Source: Camelus dromedarius (taxonomy: Eukaryota). Taken from it: 64,000 nt of DNA. A model generated the notes under the pieces. It saw only the letters and a list, made by a program, of their open reading frames with translations. It searched no databases and was not told where the DNA came from. This document shows positions 40,311 through 54,112 of this stretch, piece after piece. Within the stretch, counting starts at the first letter, position 1. The number at the start of each line of letters is the position of its first letter. The position numbers and the translations under genes are program-made. The DNA lies in NCBI RefSeq assembly GCF_036321535.1, contig NC_087437.1, positions 17,238,001 through 17,302,000 on the forward strand. The letters are read 5' to 3'.

Positions 40311-41049
40311 TCATAATTTGACATGAATCACATCTAACAGTTCACATCACTTAAAGAAGTCAATTTTGGCATAGTCACAAATGGTTTCTTCTCTGGTCTT
40401 GCTCTTGCTTAATATAAATGCCTGTACCTTCCTTAGCTCAATCTTTCTCTGTCAGCTTATTTTATCTTAGAAAAAGATAAAACTCCTAGGATTAAATCTT
40501 CCAAATTTGAGTTTTTCAATGAGTGATATGCAAACCACTAGTAGCTAAGGAATAGTTTCAGGTGCAAACTTGAAAATCTAATACTTGTTTATTGATTTTA
40601 ACAACTACTTTCTATATATGGCATGTGACATTATTTCCCACTCAACTGTAATATTCTAGTTTCCTTTCAAAATGAACTCAAAGGGTAAAAGATAATTACA
40701 AAAAAAACACTTAGAAAATAATAGTAAAGGTGGTAAATACGTATGGCAAAACTACTGACATTTATAGCTGAACAACTAAAGTTCTGAAAATACTTCAGTG
40801 ACCCACTGCTTTGAATGTGTGCTTCTGGGGTGCTTATCCTACAAACCCTGCAGATAACAGGAAATAACTAACATTCTACTTTTCCTGTAAAGCCTAAATA
40901 AACTACTGACCAAACCTACAAACACAGATTTATTACAACAATATTCTAATTAACTAACTGGCTAAAGCAGCTTTTGAATACTATAATACTTCAAACAAAC
41001 AGAGAGAGAGAGAGTCGTATCTGTACATTTTCTCCCTGGTAACTGCCCA

Positions 41050-41322
41050 CGGTAGAAAGAAGCATTAACTTTCAGATTAAACCTGCTCTGGGCTCAAATT
41101 CTGACATTAACTAGTTTTAAGACTTTCTGCAAATCACTACACTTTTGTAAGCCTTAGTTTCCTCATTTATAAAGTGAGGATAACAATATGTATCTTTTGC
41201 AAAATACTTCACATTTCTGAGCCTTAGTTTGGAATGAAGGATTCTTCATAAGGATTAACAAGAATTTATGTAAATGGATTATCACAATGAATTGGACATA
41301 ATAGGCATTCAATAAATAGTTG
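41050..41322 (+). mobile_element. MIR SINE
   Basis: GCCTTAGTTTCCTCATTTATAAAGTGAGGATAACAAT...ACATAATAGGCATTCAATAAAT. Confidence 0.65.
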
Positions 41323-42189
41323 CCCTGTGTTTTTCCATTTCTCTTTGCTCTTCTTTGTAAATGCATGGAGCATAAAGTCACACAGCATTGTTAACCTTGC
41401 CTCAACACCCACACCGCAAAAAAATCCACATGCACTTACTTAACCTTCTCTTTTTATCCCTTAGAAAATCATAAAACAAAACAAACAAAAAAAACAGATA
41501 TTATATCTCCATTTTAAATGTGGACTGCTGTGGCTCAGAAAAGCAGAGTAACCCACATAGTTAGATCAGCAGTGGATCTAAAATTAAAGCCCACATTTAT
41601 CACAAACTTCACTTGATGTCACAGGCATTTTAGTACTAATAAGAAATCAATTCTATGTACCAGATAAAGAAAAACTGTTGTGTTTTTCAGAAAACAAAAC
41701 AAAAAAACAGACCATGGATCTGAGACTATCCAGGTAATCTATAGTCCTAATCAGAAATCATGTTACAGAAAGTAAAATTTAGGTATTCAATTATAAATGT
41801 AAATAATACAAACAATTTCCCTAAAGCTGCAATAAAGTGAATTCCAATGAGAAGTGGCAAACTCCGTCTAACTTCACCCCATGTTCCAAAGATATTTATT
41901 CTCATGTACATGGACTGAATGAAAACATAACCCCAGCCCCTATACCCTCAAAACTTCGTGTGATTTTTTTCTAAGGGTGAGGAGAGGAAGACACAAGACC
42001 TAAAAATCTCTAAAAAAGGAGACATTTCTTTAAAACACAGACACACACACTCACTGATGTATTTATATAGAAGCACTCCAATTCCTGAGGTTGGAAATCT
42101 ATTTTTAAGTACTTCCATTTTTAAATGTAGACATATTTAAATTTTTCTTTCTACACCTCACTCTTCAAAAGCAATAAATTCTTAATAAA

Positions 42190-42372
42190 GAATTTAAGAT
42201 ACCTAGGGTTTGCCTCAAAATAATATGGGGGAAAGGGGTATAGTTTGGGTATAGATAAAAAACAAGACTGGACATGATAACAATTTTGAAGCTGGGTGAT
42301 GAGTACGTGAGGATTCACTAAAACTATTCTGTCTTCATCTGCGTGTTTTAGGTTTTCCATAATTTAAAGTTA
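42190..42372 (+). mobile_element. L1 3' UTR terminal fragment
   Basis: TTTGCCTCAAAATAAT...GGGTATAGATAAAAAACAAGACTGG...TGAAGCTGGGTGATGAGTAC...TTTTCCATAAT. Confidence 0.65.
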
Positions 42373-42669
42373 CTTTTAATAAAGGAATAAATTTTGGCCA
42401 TAGTTCTACAGAATGCTTTGTCTTGCTATATTGAAGTTTTTCAAATAATTACATTCACCCAAGAGAAATCTAGGTTTTTAAACATTCAGCATTATATTTT
42501 TACATTCAACATAAGTGAAATTTTAATATTTTTTTCTAGCTGGAGTAGTAAAATCCTGTAATGCCATAATTCTTGTTTGCTGTTCGAAGCTAGTATCATG
42601 TGTAATATTAAAATCTAGTCAAAAAGACAACCTAAAAAGATGAAAAGAAGAGATAAAAAGAAGAGGCAA

Positions 42670-43295
42670 GCTGAAACCCTGATAACATTGATAAGAAAAA
42701 ATGTAAAGTGGTAACAGCTTTTTGCAAAACAGTTTGGCAATTTCTCAAAATGTTAAAAATAAATTTACTGTATGACCCAGCAATTCTACTGCGAGATATC
42801 AATGGAACAGAAACGAAGATATGTCTACACTAAGGCTTGTACACAAATGTTCACAGCAGCATTATTCACAATAGCCAAAAAGAGGAAGCAACCTAAATGT
42901 CCATCAATTGGTGTATGGATAAACAAAATGGAATACTTTTCACCAATAAAAAGGCAAATACTGAAATATGCTATAATATGGATCATCCTCAAAAACACAA
43001 AAATGAAAGAAGCCAAACACAGAAGACCACATACTTTATGATTCCACTTACATGAATTATCCAAAAAGGCAAATTTACAGATACAGAAAATAGATTAGTA
43101 GTTGCCTAGGTTCAGGGACGGGAACGGGAGCTGACTGCAAATGGTAGTGGAGTTTCTTTTTGTGGTGACAGAAATAGTCTAAATATTCTAAACTGTGGTG
43201 ACAGTTGCACAGCTTTGTAAATTAACTAAAAATCACTGAATCATGCACTTAAAGAGAGTATTTTGTTATGTAAATTATACCTCAATATAACTGTG
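42670..43295 (+). mobile_element. L1MB-like ORF2 C-terminus plus 3' UTR
   Basis: ORF 42772-43041 CTQMFTAALFTIAKKRKQPKCPS..WINKM matches the L1 ORF2 C-terminus. Ends AAATTATACCTCAAT. Confidence 0.9.
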
Positions 43296-45069
43296 CAGGA
43301 GAAGGGAAAGGTGAGGAGGAGGAACAGGGGGACTATACAGCAGGGGGACTCTGAGATGATGGATAAATGACTAGATTGATCTTAAAGATGTAACTTGACC
43401 AAAATCTCAGCTAAATAGATGGCAGAGCCAATACTGAAATCCAGGTTTGACAACAAAATCTATGTTCTTCCTACACTCATAAGTAAGAGTGCACTAGAAG
43501 CACTATAAACAATATATAACTTACTAAACTCTGCAAGGATAAATTCAATCCATTAATGAAGCAGTACACGGGACACACAATAAAGGTTTCTATAAAACTG
43601 TTACGATTAGAATTAAATTATAGAATCAAACATGGGATAAATATCTGTGGAATGAAAAAAGTAAACACACAAAATACAAGCAAGGTGTCATGCGAAGAAG
43701 GACCCAGATCTTGTCCATGATTATGTGAAAGCTGAAACAAAATTAACTGAATAGTGAGGAGTGTCCAAACAAATTAAATGTGGCTCTTCGTCTCCAACAC
43801 TGTCTCTCCATAGTGTTCTGGCCCAGATCTGCTATAGAGCAGACATACATATCAGGCTATCACAGCTCAGTAATACTGACAACTAAGATGATCTAACTTG
43901 CTCTGGGTTCATTACAGGTTTACAGATAAACCTTCAGATTATAATCTGTGTTTGACACAGATCTTCCTACAGGAAGAGAATGCAATGACTGGTGAGCAGA
44001 GACAGTCAATTTCATTTGAAGGTTACATTTCTTCTCATTGTGTATCAATAATCTAACACGCTGATTTATACTTGTTGAGACTTCACCTAAAACCTAAATC
44101 ACTGAAACTTAAATCATTCCTACATGTAAACAATAAATTGAATTTCTAAACATATCAATTCTGAGAACCAGAGTCTGGTACATACTTCATCAGTTCCTGC
44201 CACACTTAAGAACTAACTCATCAAGCAGTCAGCCTTCCCTAGAGACTCTCCTGCCCTGCTGCATGCCTCTGAAAACTGCAATTTGTATTTTGTTTGTTTT
44301 ATAAACTAGATGAATGCTGCTTAGAAATCTGCAAATGTACAAAATGTCTCCCCCAAAAGACAACTGCTTATATTCATATTTCATAGTCTACAAGGCACTG
44401 TTACATTAGCTCATTTACTAATCCAACATTCTCTGAGATGACCATGACATACATGCTTATTCCCAATATTAGTGAGGCCATGAGGTAAAAATTATTCACA
44501 AAAGGACATGCTGCTAATAAACAAACTAACTTGGATTAGAATTTCAGGTATTTGGTCTCCAAATTCAGTTGCTCCTTCCACTTCAGTCACTACAAGTGTC
44601 TAAAAAGCCAACCCAATAAAACCAAGAAAGCCTGAACTTTGGCCAGACAAACCAATGATTATTTTCGGCAGTCTTAAGAGCAATCAGAGAAATCCTCTAA
44701 TAAATAAGATAGATAATCTTACAGGGATCAAGATAAACTATAATAGAGAGAAATGGTCAAATGTAAATTAAAAAAACCAAGAAATTTATGAACAATACTA
44801 AAGTAAGTACTAACAGAAACAAAAATAGGTCCATTTGGAACCAAGTGAAGAATTTTAATTTTATATGTAAATGAAAGCAAAGAAGTGCCTTCTTTTAGAA
44901 TCTTATTAGAAAATCTAATGGTCTTTTTGTATTCTTTATCAAAAGAAATGAAAATTGCTTACAGAGAGGTAGGGGTGATGTTAATGATTTGGTTCCATTA
45001 CAAAAGTGGTATTAAGAAGTATACTGTGGGGGAAAAAAAAGAATGATAAAACCAAGAAAAAAAGAAAAA

Positions 45070-45530
45070 AGTATACTGTGATCCAGCAATTCCACTCTAG
45101 TATATGTATCCCCCCAAAAATGAAGACATATGTTCACCAAGAGACTCGTAGAAGATTGTTCACAGTAGCTTTATGATAATAGCCAAAAACTGAAAATAAC
45201 CCGAAAGTCCAAGCACAAAAAAAATGCATGAATACATTTTGTTGTATTCATACAGTAGAATACTATACAGCAATAAAAAAGAACTGCTGATGCATGCCAT
45301 AATATGGATGAATCTCACAAACATCATGTTAAGCAAAGGAAACCAGACAATAAAGTACAAAATTAACTGATGGCTACAAAAGTTGAAATAGGTTGGAGGG
45401 GAAGGAAAGGTAACTGAAGAGATACAGAGAACTTTTGGGGGTGCTGGAAATGTTGGAGGTGGTTACATGGTAAAATTTTATCAACCTTATGAACTTTATG
45501 TATTAACATGTTATAATGCAGTTTTAAAAG
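45070..45530 (+). mobile_element. L1ME-like 3' end
   Basis: GATCCAGCAATTCCACTCTAG...TAATAGCCAAAAACTG...ATGGATGAATCTCACAAACATCATGTT. Confidence 0.8.
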
Positions 45531-47964
45531 TTGTCATAAGATATTTACTGGGAAACTTTAATACAACACAGAAGAACTTCCTTTAATCTTCAATTTTAAA
45601 ATATAGAACTACTATGAGAAGGTAACTATAATTGAAAAAGTGTTTTTACACTAAAATTATCCCACAGTAGATTCAACCAAAACTATCACAAAGATACATA
45701 TCTTAAATTTTGTTCTAAATTTTTTATCTTAGTTTGTTGTATGCCTTCGAGGGTTGGGCACAGCAAAATGTCATAGACAGTTAATCTCTACTTAGCCTCA
45801 TTTCAATCATTTCAACACCTTTCAGAAATAAAATTATAATAAAATCCAAGTTTCTCAATAAATAGATAAGGTTATCTACTGAGAAGGACAGGGTAAGTGT
45901 AGAGTAAGGGGGCTACAAGAGAGCAGAAATTTTTAAATAACTGCTATGAGAAACGAGAAAGAACTAACTAGGGACAAAGAAGGATTACTGGGTAATGCTG
46001 AGGGTCCAATTAAGACTGGGAAACATGAATATTTAATGGCTCTAGTCTGCAAAGCTGTGATTTTCTCCAGATGTGCTCAGCAGGTCAGAGCCAGGTACAC
46101 AGAAATCAAAAAGATTAACTGATCTGTGGTTGAGTATTGGTTAGACACATGCAATGAAGAGACAAAAGTGCAAAGCAGCTCAACATATTTCAAAAGTTAA
46201 ATAAGGTTCCAGGCTAGAGAAGAAAATTAAGACAGGAAGGGGACAAAAGAGGTGTTTAAGGACCAGAGGGCTCTATAATATTGAAAAGGAACTGTCAATG
46301 CCTGTGTTCAAAAGGAATCAGAAAACTCAACAACATATGCAAAAATTCATGAATAGGTCTTTTATAGCAAAGTACCACCTTTTCTTATTATTTTAGAAAA
46401 TGAAATGTTCCTACCTAACAATTCAAATTTCCTTTTTAAGCAAACTTGAAAGGTTCCAAATGTAAAAGGTCAAATGTTTAAAGTATTGTAACTGCAAATT
46501 TATATGTTCCTTGATATTTCTATGTAAATCTAATGATTTTTTTTGGTGATATTCTGAATCAAGTAAGGAAACTTCCAAATTTCTTAGTGAATCAATAAAC
46601 CTTTACCAAAAATCTTACCGTAAGCAAATCAGTCACCAGACACATCAGTATACCACCCTTTAATAGACAAGAGTTCGTGTGTGTGTATCTGCTTAAAGAG
46701 AAGTCATATGACAAAAGAATCACTTCCTATTTCCAAGTTTTGTCTAGCTTGACCTCAAAGTGAAAGTGGTAACAGTTTATAATGAATGAAGCAATAAAAC
46801 AGACAGGGAAAAGGTGGCTGAAAAGATTTAGGAACAAATAGCACAATAAAGGGATTAATCTCAGCAAAGAATGATGTTTTTAGTATATCTGAAGCTGCTA
46901 TGAATCTCTAATAAAAAGGTTTAAAGTATAAAAATCAAGCTTAGTATATGATACAAATCTAAATTATTCAATTTGGTTGAACTTAAGAACTTAAGTATTG
47001 AGTGTCTATTATTTTGTCCAGAAATGTGCTCTGTTGCTATGGGGAACACAAAAGCAACATGTCCTTATCCTAAAGGCACTTCATAGTATAAAGAAAGAAA
47101 GCCACATCTGAATTATCACAGTTTATCACACACACAAATTGCATTTAATTAAATGCCAACCAGGTAAGATAAAACTGTAGTAAGGTATCTGCAACTTAAC
47201 CAATGCGGTTAGAGGAGGAGAAGGAGAGCATCATGCCAAAAAACAAAAAAAATCACTATCAGATCTCACAGGAGTACCTGATGTTTCTGGGATGTCTAGC
47301 TATGGTTTAGACTGAAGAGCCACAGCTGCATTCCTGCTAAAACATGGTGGTGGTAAGAGATTTGGGTTTTGTATGTCAAAGAAATTGTATTCACATACAC
47401 ATGCGCTTGCACCGTTTATACACACAGCAACTTTGTTTTGGTTAATAAACTTTCAGTATCTGTTTTAGGTGATGGTTACTGTCCTTTTAAAATAATGCAG
47501 CAAAACTATTAAGAAACTTTTCCAAAGCTGTTCAAGTTAAGCTAGAAATTACAGTGCAATGTGAAAAAAATGGCAGCTAGGTTCTCAAGAAAAAATTAAC
47601 ATAGATTTGCCTATACCTCTACTCTGTAAAACTGTGCTGCTAGTATTGGCATACACCCTCAAAACACACATATACACAGAGTTTCATTGCTTTAATTTCG
47701 TTACATAGCTTCTACAAATTCTGTAGAATTTCCTACTTGTTGCCCTCTGTATCTATTCTTTCAACAAATTCTATCACTGTCTGAACAGCTCATTGCAAAT
47801 GCAAATTTTCACCTAGTAGCGGTCTTTAAAAGGTCAGTTTCCAACCACATAAACCATTTATGCTTTTAACAGTAGTACCACCAGTGGTGCTATTAATCCA
47901 TTTCAACCCATATCATATGTTAAATGGGCTGGTATGGGATGCTTCTCACCATCTGCTATATTTC

Positions 47965-48520
47965 ACCCATTCTAATATATACATTTCCCCCTGATTTTAA
48001 CATTTCTGAGATAAAGATGCACCTCCTAATCAATGGTATTTTATAATTGTGCTGGACAGATAATAATCAAGCATGGCTATCATTGTTCATCCATGAACTC
48101 AGTCATAGCTATTCACCTTGTCATCAGTTGAGTTATTAACATTGTTAGTTTCATGCATGTTGAGCTTAACTACCTTTAAAATTTGTCTTTTAAAATATTA
48201 CTCTATTATTTGGTATTGAAATGAAAAGTTATTGGGTACAAAGGTACAAAAATTGAGAACAGCAAATCAAATTTCATTATTGCTAGTAATAATCCCTGTT
48301 TTCTTGCCAAGTAACAAGAGTGACTTATGAGATATGAGAACCACCACAAGTAGATGAAGTTGTATTACGTTTCGTTACTAAAATACATGCAAAAGGACAG
48401 CCTATCACATGCCAAGCAATGCAAATAAAGGCAGAAGAAATTGTCAAATCTCTGAGAACAGATAAAAGATTTCAAAGCAATGAGTGGCTGGAGTTACCAA
48501 TTACAGACTACACGGGCATA
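47965..48520 (+). mobile_element. Tigger/pogo-family DNA transposon remnant with a transposase CENP-B-type HTH fragment
   Basis: From 48347 the frame translates QVDEVVLRFVTKIHAKGQPITCQAMQIKAEEIVKSLR; after a frameshift it gives FKAMSGW (48471-48491). Confidence 0.7.
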
Positions 48521-48629
48521 TGACATGGTCCTTCTTATCGTACATAAAATAGTGCTGTGTCTTCTCTTAATAGCAACTCAGGTTCCATGAAGTAAGATTT
48601 TAAAAAATTAGAACCCTTCATTCTTGCCC

Positions 48630-49560
48630 TTTCCCATCTTAGGATGGTACCACCATTCACTCAGTTATTAAAGTCAGAAACCTGGAGATCATCCTTGACT
48701 CATCATTTCCAAAACACATAAAGGATCATGACACTTCTCATTATTACCTCCATTGCAACCATGATCCAAGGCACTATCACCTGTCACCTGGATACTGTAA
48801 CAACCTAACCTAACCCTCCCCTCTTTCATTCCACCCCCATCACAATCCAACATTCACACAGCAGCTAGAGCAAAAGTTTTCAACTTTGGCACTACTGACA
48901 TTTTGGGCCAATACTTTTTTGTGGGAGGAGGCTGTCCTGTACTATTGTAGAATGTTTAGCAACATCTCTGGTCTCTACCCACTAATGCCAGTAGTATACA
49001 CCATCACCCCCACTAATGACAACCAAAAATGTCTACAGATATTGCTAAATGTCTCCTGGGAAGAAAAATATAAGCCACAGTTGGGAATCACTGACCTAGA
49101 GGGATTTTTTTTTTTAATGTTTCTCTGCTTAAAACTCTCCAATGGTTTCTCATTTTACTTACAATAAAACTGCACTCCTTAGAGTCTTTAACTAATCCAA
49201 ACATACCTTACGTAATCCAGACTCTGGCCTACCCCTCTAATGTCATGTGATGCTACTATACTCTTCCTGCATTATGCTCCCTCCAGTCACTATGACCTCT
49301 CAACTCCTAAAATACCACAGCCATTTCTGCTATAAAGATTTTGCCTTTACTGCTCCTTATGCCTGGACCATTCTTACCAGGTTATGTGCAAAGTCAGCTT
49401 AAATTTCACATCCTCAACAATGCATTTCCTGACTTTCCCTGTTTATGTATCCCATTATTACCTACCCAACACAGTACCTCATTTATTCTCTTTATAGCTT
49501 TTATCACAGTTTATGGTTATTTTGTTTACCTGATTATTGACTTGCCTCTCACATGAGGAC
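48630..49560 (+). mobile_element. L2 LINE 3' region split by MER20
   Basis: AGAAACCTGGAGATCATCCTTGACTC...CACCTGGATACTGTAACAACCT...CACACAGCAGCTAGAG | ...CTGCTTAAAACTCTCCAATGG. Confidence 0.75.
48871..49093 (+). mobile_element. MER20 (hAT-Charlie), near full-length with 8-bp TSD
   Basis: GGCACTACTGACATTTTGGGCC...ACAACCAAAAATGTCT...GGGAATCACTG. TSD AGCTAGAG (48863-48870) / ACCTAGAG (49094-49101). Confidence 0.9.
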
Positions 49561-50486
49561 AAATACCTTGCTTGCCTTACTTTCAGCAACTAGCCAAAAT
49601 GAAATGAACATATTTATAACTGAAGAACCTTAAGTACTAGATAAATAATAACCTTAGCACCACTCCCTTCTCATTCCCCACCTATATTTATAATCATCTC
49701 CCTGAAGTGGAGAGAGGAGAGTGGAGGGGAGAGGAAGAGCCTAACAAAGCCCTCATCTGTAAACTATCTTTGCCATCAACATGTTTTCTAAAGCATTAGC
49801 TGCAGATTAAATGACATATGTAATAAATCTAAAGCACTGGGAGAGTGTTATAAACAGCTTATATTCAATAAATAACTTTGTATGTAAAGCACCAACCACA
49901 ATGACTATACAGACAACGGAAAAAATGACAGTTCTCTCGCCCCTTTTAATATTCTGCCACCAGCTCACCCTGAATATGGTAAGAACAGAATTTTGTACCT
50001 AAGAGATACTTCTCCCCTTATGGCCTCCAGAAGCATCATAACATACTACGCCAGGTATAACATAGGTTAGTTTTTCATATATGTATGCTGACTAAGGAAG
50101 CTAAATATCCATTAACCAAAGCCAATTCATCATAAAATGACTTCAGAATTATATTTCTATTAGTTTCAGTAAACAAAATAACCATATGAATATTCAATTT
50201 CTGAAGCTAGCTTTAAATTAAACTTGGGGAAAATATAAATTGCTGTTTAACAAAATCAATACTGGTTACTAAAAATACCTAATACATCTAATACAAGTTT
50301 ACTTACAGGAAATAAACTAGTCAATTGAGTCCTATAAAGTACTGTACAACTTTTACCTAGTAATTAAAACAAAATAATTTATCTTAAATTACTTTTTATG
50401 TACTGTTTCTGATAGCATTCTGTATATGCATTTGGGGGTTTGAGGAAAGTGATAAAGGACTATATTATAACGGGAACATAAAGGAA

Positions 50487-50706
50487 GCCAAACTGCCAGA
50501 ATCTGAATGCCACCCAGTTCTGCTAATAACTAGCTATGTGAACTTTGGAAAATCACTTAACTTCTCTGTGCCTCAGTTTCCTCATCTGCAAACTGAGACT
50601 TAACAATAGTGCCCACCTCATGCGGTTGTTGTTAAGGATTATGAAAGTTAATATATGTAAAATGCTTAAATAGTGCCTGGTATATAGGAAGTGTTGTTAG
50701 CTATTA
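50487..50706 (+). mobile_element. MIR SINE, near full-length
   Basis: CACTTAACTTCTCTGTGCCTCAGTTTCCTCATCTG...AGTGCCTGGTATATAG...GTTAGCTATT. Confidence 0.9.
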
Positions 50707-50779
50707 ATGTTATTACATTGCTGTTATTGTTATTTTATTTCTTTGCATGATTCTATTTAATAGCTGCCATGCCAGATGG

Positions 50780-50832
50780 CACATATACAAAACATTTCCG
50801 TCACTGCAGAAAGTTCTATTAAACAGCACTGA
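50780..50832 (+). mobile_element. MER3 (hAT-Charlie) terminal fragment
   Basis: AACATTTCCGTCACTGCAGAAAGTTCTATTAAACAGCACTG. Confidence 0.65.
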
Positions 50833-51279
50833 ATCAGACTACAGGGATAGTTAGAATGTCTGATGAGATAGTGCATATCATCTTAGGAAGTGCTTAGAAA
50901 AAAGTACTCAAATCCAAAGTAGTTTTTAATCTAATAACTTTGACACATAATGAAGAACTTGGGTTTCTGTCTTATTAAACTAGTCAAATAAAGGAGAAGT
51001 AGGGACAAAAAGACACTGTCTTTTATAAGAATCTCTATTCTACCATATAGAGATAACCAAAAAAAAAAATGGATTTTTTATTCTCTGTCTACCTTACCCT
51101 ACTAAACGCTCTCTCTCATCAAGGAGTACCATGCTTAGAAAAGAAAATTGTTATTAATCATGTTCAAATATAATTATCAACATATGAGAAAAGTAAGTTT
51201 GTGATACAGTATTATATGTACTTCTTTAACAGTAAATAAAAGACCCAGAAGTGGATCTAACAATTACCCATATTTTAAA

Positions 51280-51492
51280 GTACTGATTAGGATAAAAGAT
51301 ACTTTGAGATTATCTGCAACATCTGTAATTTAATATGAAAATATTTGATTTCTATTGGTACCAAAGTCACAGTATTGCTCACACCACTGTTTGACTTGTT
51401 GCCTACATTTAAAACTGAAGAAGATGCTAAATCTCACTTAGAGGCTAGTGAAAATTAAAGTATGACTATTCTCCTATCTAAGGTTCGGGAAC
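51280..51492 (+). mobile_element. hAT-Charlie remnant (MER113-like; subfamily uncertain)
   Basis: GATTTCTATTGGTACCAAAGTCACAG...TTGTTGCCTACATT...ATGCTAAAT...TTAGAGGCTAGTGAAAAT. Confidence 0.55.
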
Positions 51493-52012
51493 CTCACTTC
51501 AAAAAAAAAATTGCTTAAGAGGTTAGACCTTAGAGTTACAAAAACCTGGAATCAAACCTACCACTTCCCAGCTAGGTAATATTGGGAAAAGGTGCTTAAC
51601 CTCTCTACCTCATCTGTGAAATGTAATACTTACATCTAAGATTGCTGTGTTATTTAATAATCATGCTACTCGACACAGTATTTGACACATTCTCAATAAA
51701 TGCGTATACTATTACAATCAGTAACCAAGTTCTGTTAGTTATCTACTTCACAACCCTCTGTGCATCAGAAAGTCAAAGATTTGAAGTCAGTTGCTCTGGG
51801 GTGTATCCCAACCATTCTGTGGTACATTTTTAAAGCTCCCAGGTGATTCTATTGTGCAGTCACTGGTATAAGGACAAAATTCAAACTCTAGTTTGGTACA
51901 CTAGGCACTCTGGTCACTGCTTACAGCTCTTATATTTTAATCACTCCTCTATAGGTAACCCCGTGCTCTTAAAACAAACTCAACTAACGCTTCCTCAGGA
52001 AGTGGGCTATGG

Positions 52013-52200
52013 CAGTGGCTCTTCAACTTCAGCCTGCATCAGAATCACTAGAAGGACCTATAAAAACACAATTGCTGGTCTCTATCTCCAGAATTCCTGA
52101 TTCAGCTGGACGGGGGTGAGGCCCAAGAACGTGCATTTCTAACAAGTTCCCAGGTAATACTGATACTGCTGGTGCAGGGAACACAATTTAAGAATCACTG
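52013..52200. mobile_element. MER5A (hAT-Charlie), full-length
   Basis: Terminal inverted repeats CAGTGGCTCT...AGAATCACTG; internal TGCATCAGAATCAC and TGCATTTCTAACAAGTTCCCAGGT. Confidence 0.9.
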
Positions 52201-53954
52201 GCCAACACCAGATCACAACACTGTCCCTCTATATTCACATGGAATGCCACTCCCATCTCCAAACCACCCTTGCCTGGGTAACTTTTACCTTTCTTAAAAT
52301 TTACAGAAGAATTTGCCTTCATAAACCATTTGCTCACTTAAACAAACCACCTCAAGGCATTTATTACCTACTATAAAAATTTTGGCTGCCAAAAAAACAC
52401 ACTACAGAATGTTATTAATGTACACCAATGCACAGTGTAGATATCTGCTACCATATACAGATTCTTTTGTAAGAATTGGGAGAAAAGGCCTCCTCTGGGA
52501 AGATGAACTGGAAAAAGGTAAAAAAGCAAATGGACAATTTGTCAAGCAGAATAAAATCCGGATTTGGCCAGGGCACCTTTATGCAGAGCACCAATCCCAT
52601 AACCTGCCATGGCAGCCCTGATGCAGGATACCACTAAAACAAAAAGAAAGAGCAACTCTGGATTTGAGAAAGGGAGAGAGAGAGGGAGGAAAGAGCAATA
52701 AGGCTACAGGAAAGGATTTCTGGAGAAGGTTATCACACCTAAGTTGAGTCCTGAATTGCCTTTTCTGTACATCAGGAAGACAAGAACTGTGCTTTCATGT
52801 CTTTATATTCACAGTGTATGGCTCACTGTAGACGTTCAATAAATGTCTGAATGATACACAATGAATAAAATATGAAGACACCTGCTAGTCTATCTTTTTC
52901 TCACCAAATAAAGAAGCCAACACACACCCATAGCTGGAACCAAAAACTATAAATACTATCTAAATATTAATGTATTTTGGTCTGTACACTTAACAGCTAG
53001 GGGAAAGCACAAATTAACAACCAGTTGGGAGATAAGAAGACAAAGGAGTCTACTGATAACAAACACATTTAGTTTTTTCAAAACTAAAGATTTCCAAATC
53101 AAAAACTTTGCATTACCTGATTCAGAGTTGATTTACTGATGATTTCAACAGGGACTATAAATTTTACAGGAATCTTGGAAACTAGGTCGAGACATCAATT
53201 TTATAGTACAGAAACTGAGGCTCAGAGAAGTAATGACTCAAAGACACACAGCTAGTTAGTAGTAAGCTGTAATTAAAACTCAGGTCTCTGGCCCTACACT
53301 CATTTTCTCTCTCCTACATCATGCTCCTTTTACATTCATAAAATAAAATATTAGACATCCATAACTTTTTTAAAAACTCAGATTAACCAGGGTTTTGTTC
53401 CCTGTACCCCATTTTTATTAGAGGAAAATCAGCCATCTACCATTGTATTTTGGTTAAGAACTTATTCAGAGGTAACTTTCAAGATGTTTTGCTCTTGGTA
53501 AAGGTTCATTTCTAGTCTGTTTACAAAATTATACATGCAAAACTAATATTCTTAAATTAAAAACCCTGATAGAGTCATCAAAATTTCTCAATTACCAAGA
53601 AAGCATTATAATGCCTTTCCAGGATATAGTACTTTCTGAAGAAAGAAAGAGCCTAATTTTTTAAAAATATGTTTAGCAATAAGGAGAAAAATCTGGTTAT
53701 AACCGTCATCTCTCAGTTAACCAGAGTACCTTATCCTCTAACCACTCTCATTACTAGAGTTTATTATTAAACTAGCTCTATGTGCTGATAAGAACCTGCT
53801 AGCTCTATTTGCTAAGAACCAATTAATTAAAATTCTCTGCTTCTGGGAAGCAATCTCATGATTTACCTGGACTATTTTATTCACCTTTTACAATTAAGAT
53901 TAATGTCCTTTGGATTTATACACAATACAATATAGTCTAATAGTTAAAAGCTAA

Positions 53955-54112
53955 CTTTTTAACCTCTACAGCAACCTATAAGGCGTGCTTTTATTATTCC
54001 CATTTTACAAATGAGAAAACTGAGATTTAGAGGTTAAAGAATTTGCCTAATTTACGTACCTAGGAAGGGGATGAGTCAGAATATGACACAGGCAGTGTGA
54101 CTCGGGTGCCAG
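53955..54112 (-). mobile_element. MIR SINE
   Basis: TTATTCCCATTTTACAAATGAGAAAACTGAG...AGAGGTTAA. Another MIR core lies at ~53190-53290. Confidence 0.75.

Noticed and set aside
34067..43064. ORFs with L1 ORF2 similarity (34067-34252, 42772-43041) as a functional retrotransposon
   Set aside because: Short frames in elements riddled with stops and frameshifts, with no intact ORF1/ORF2 or promoter.
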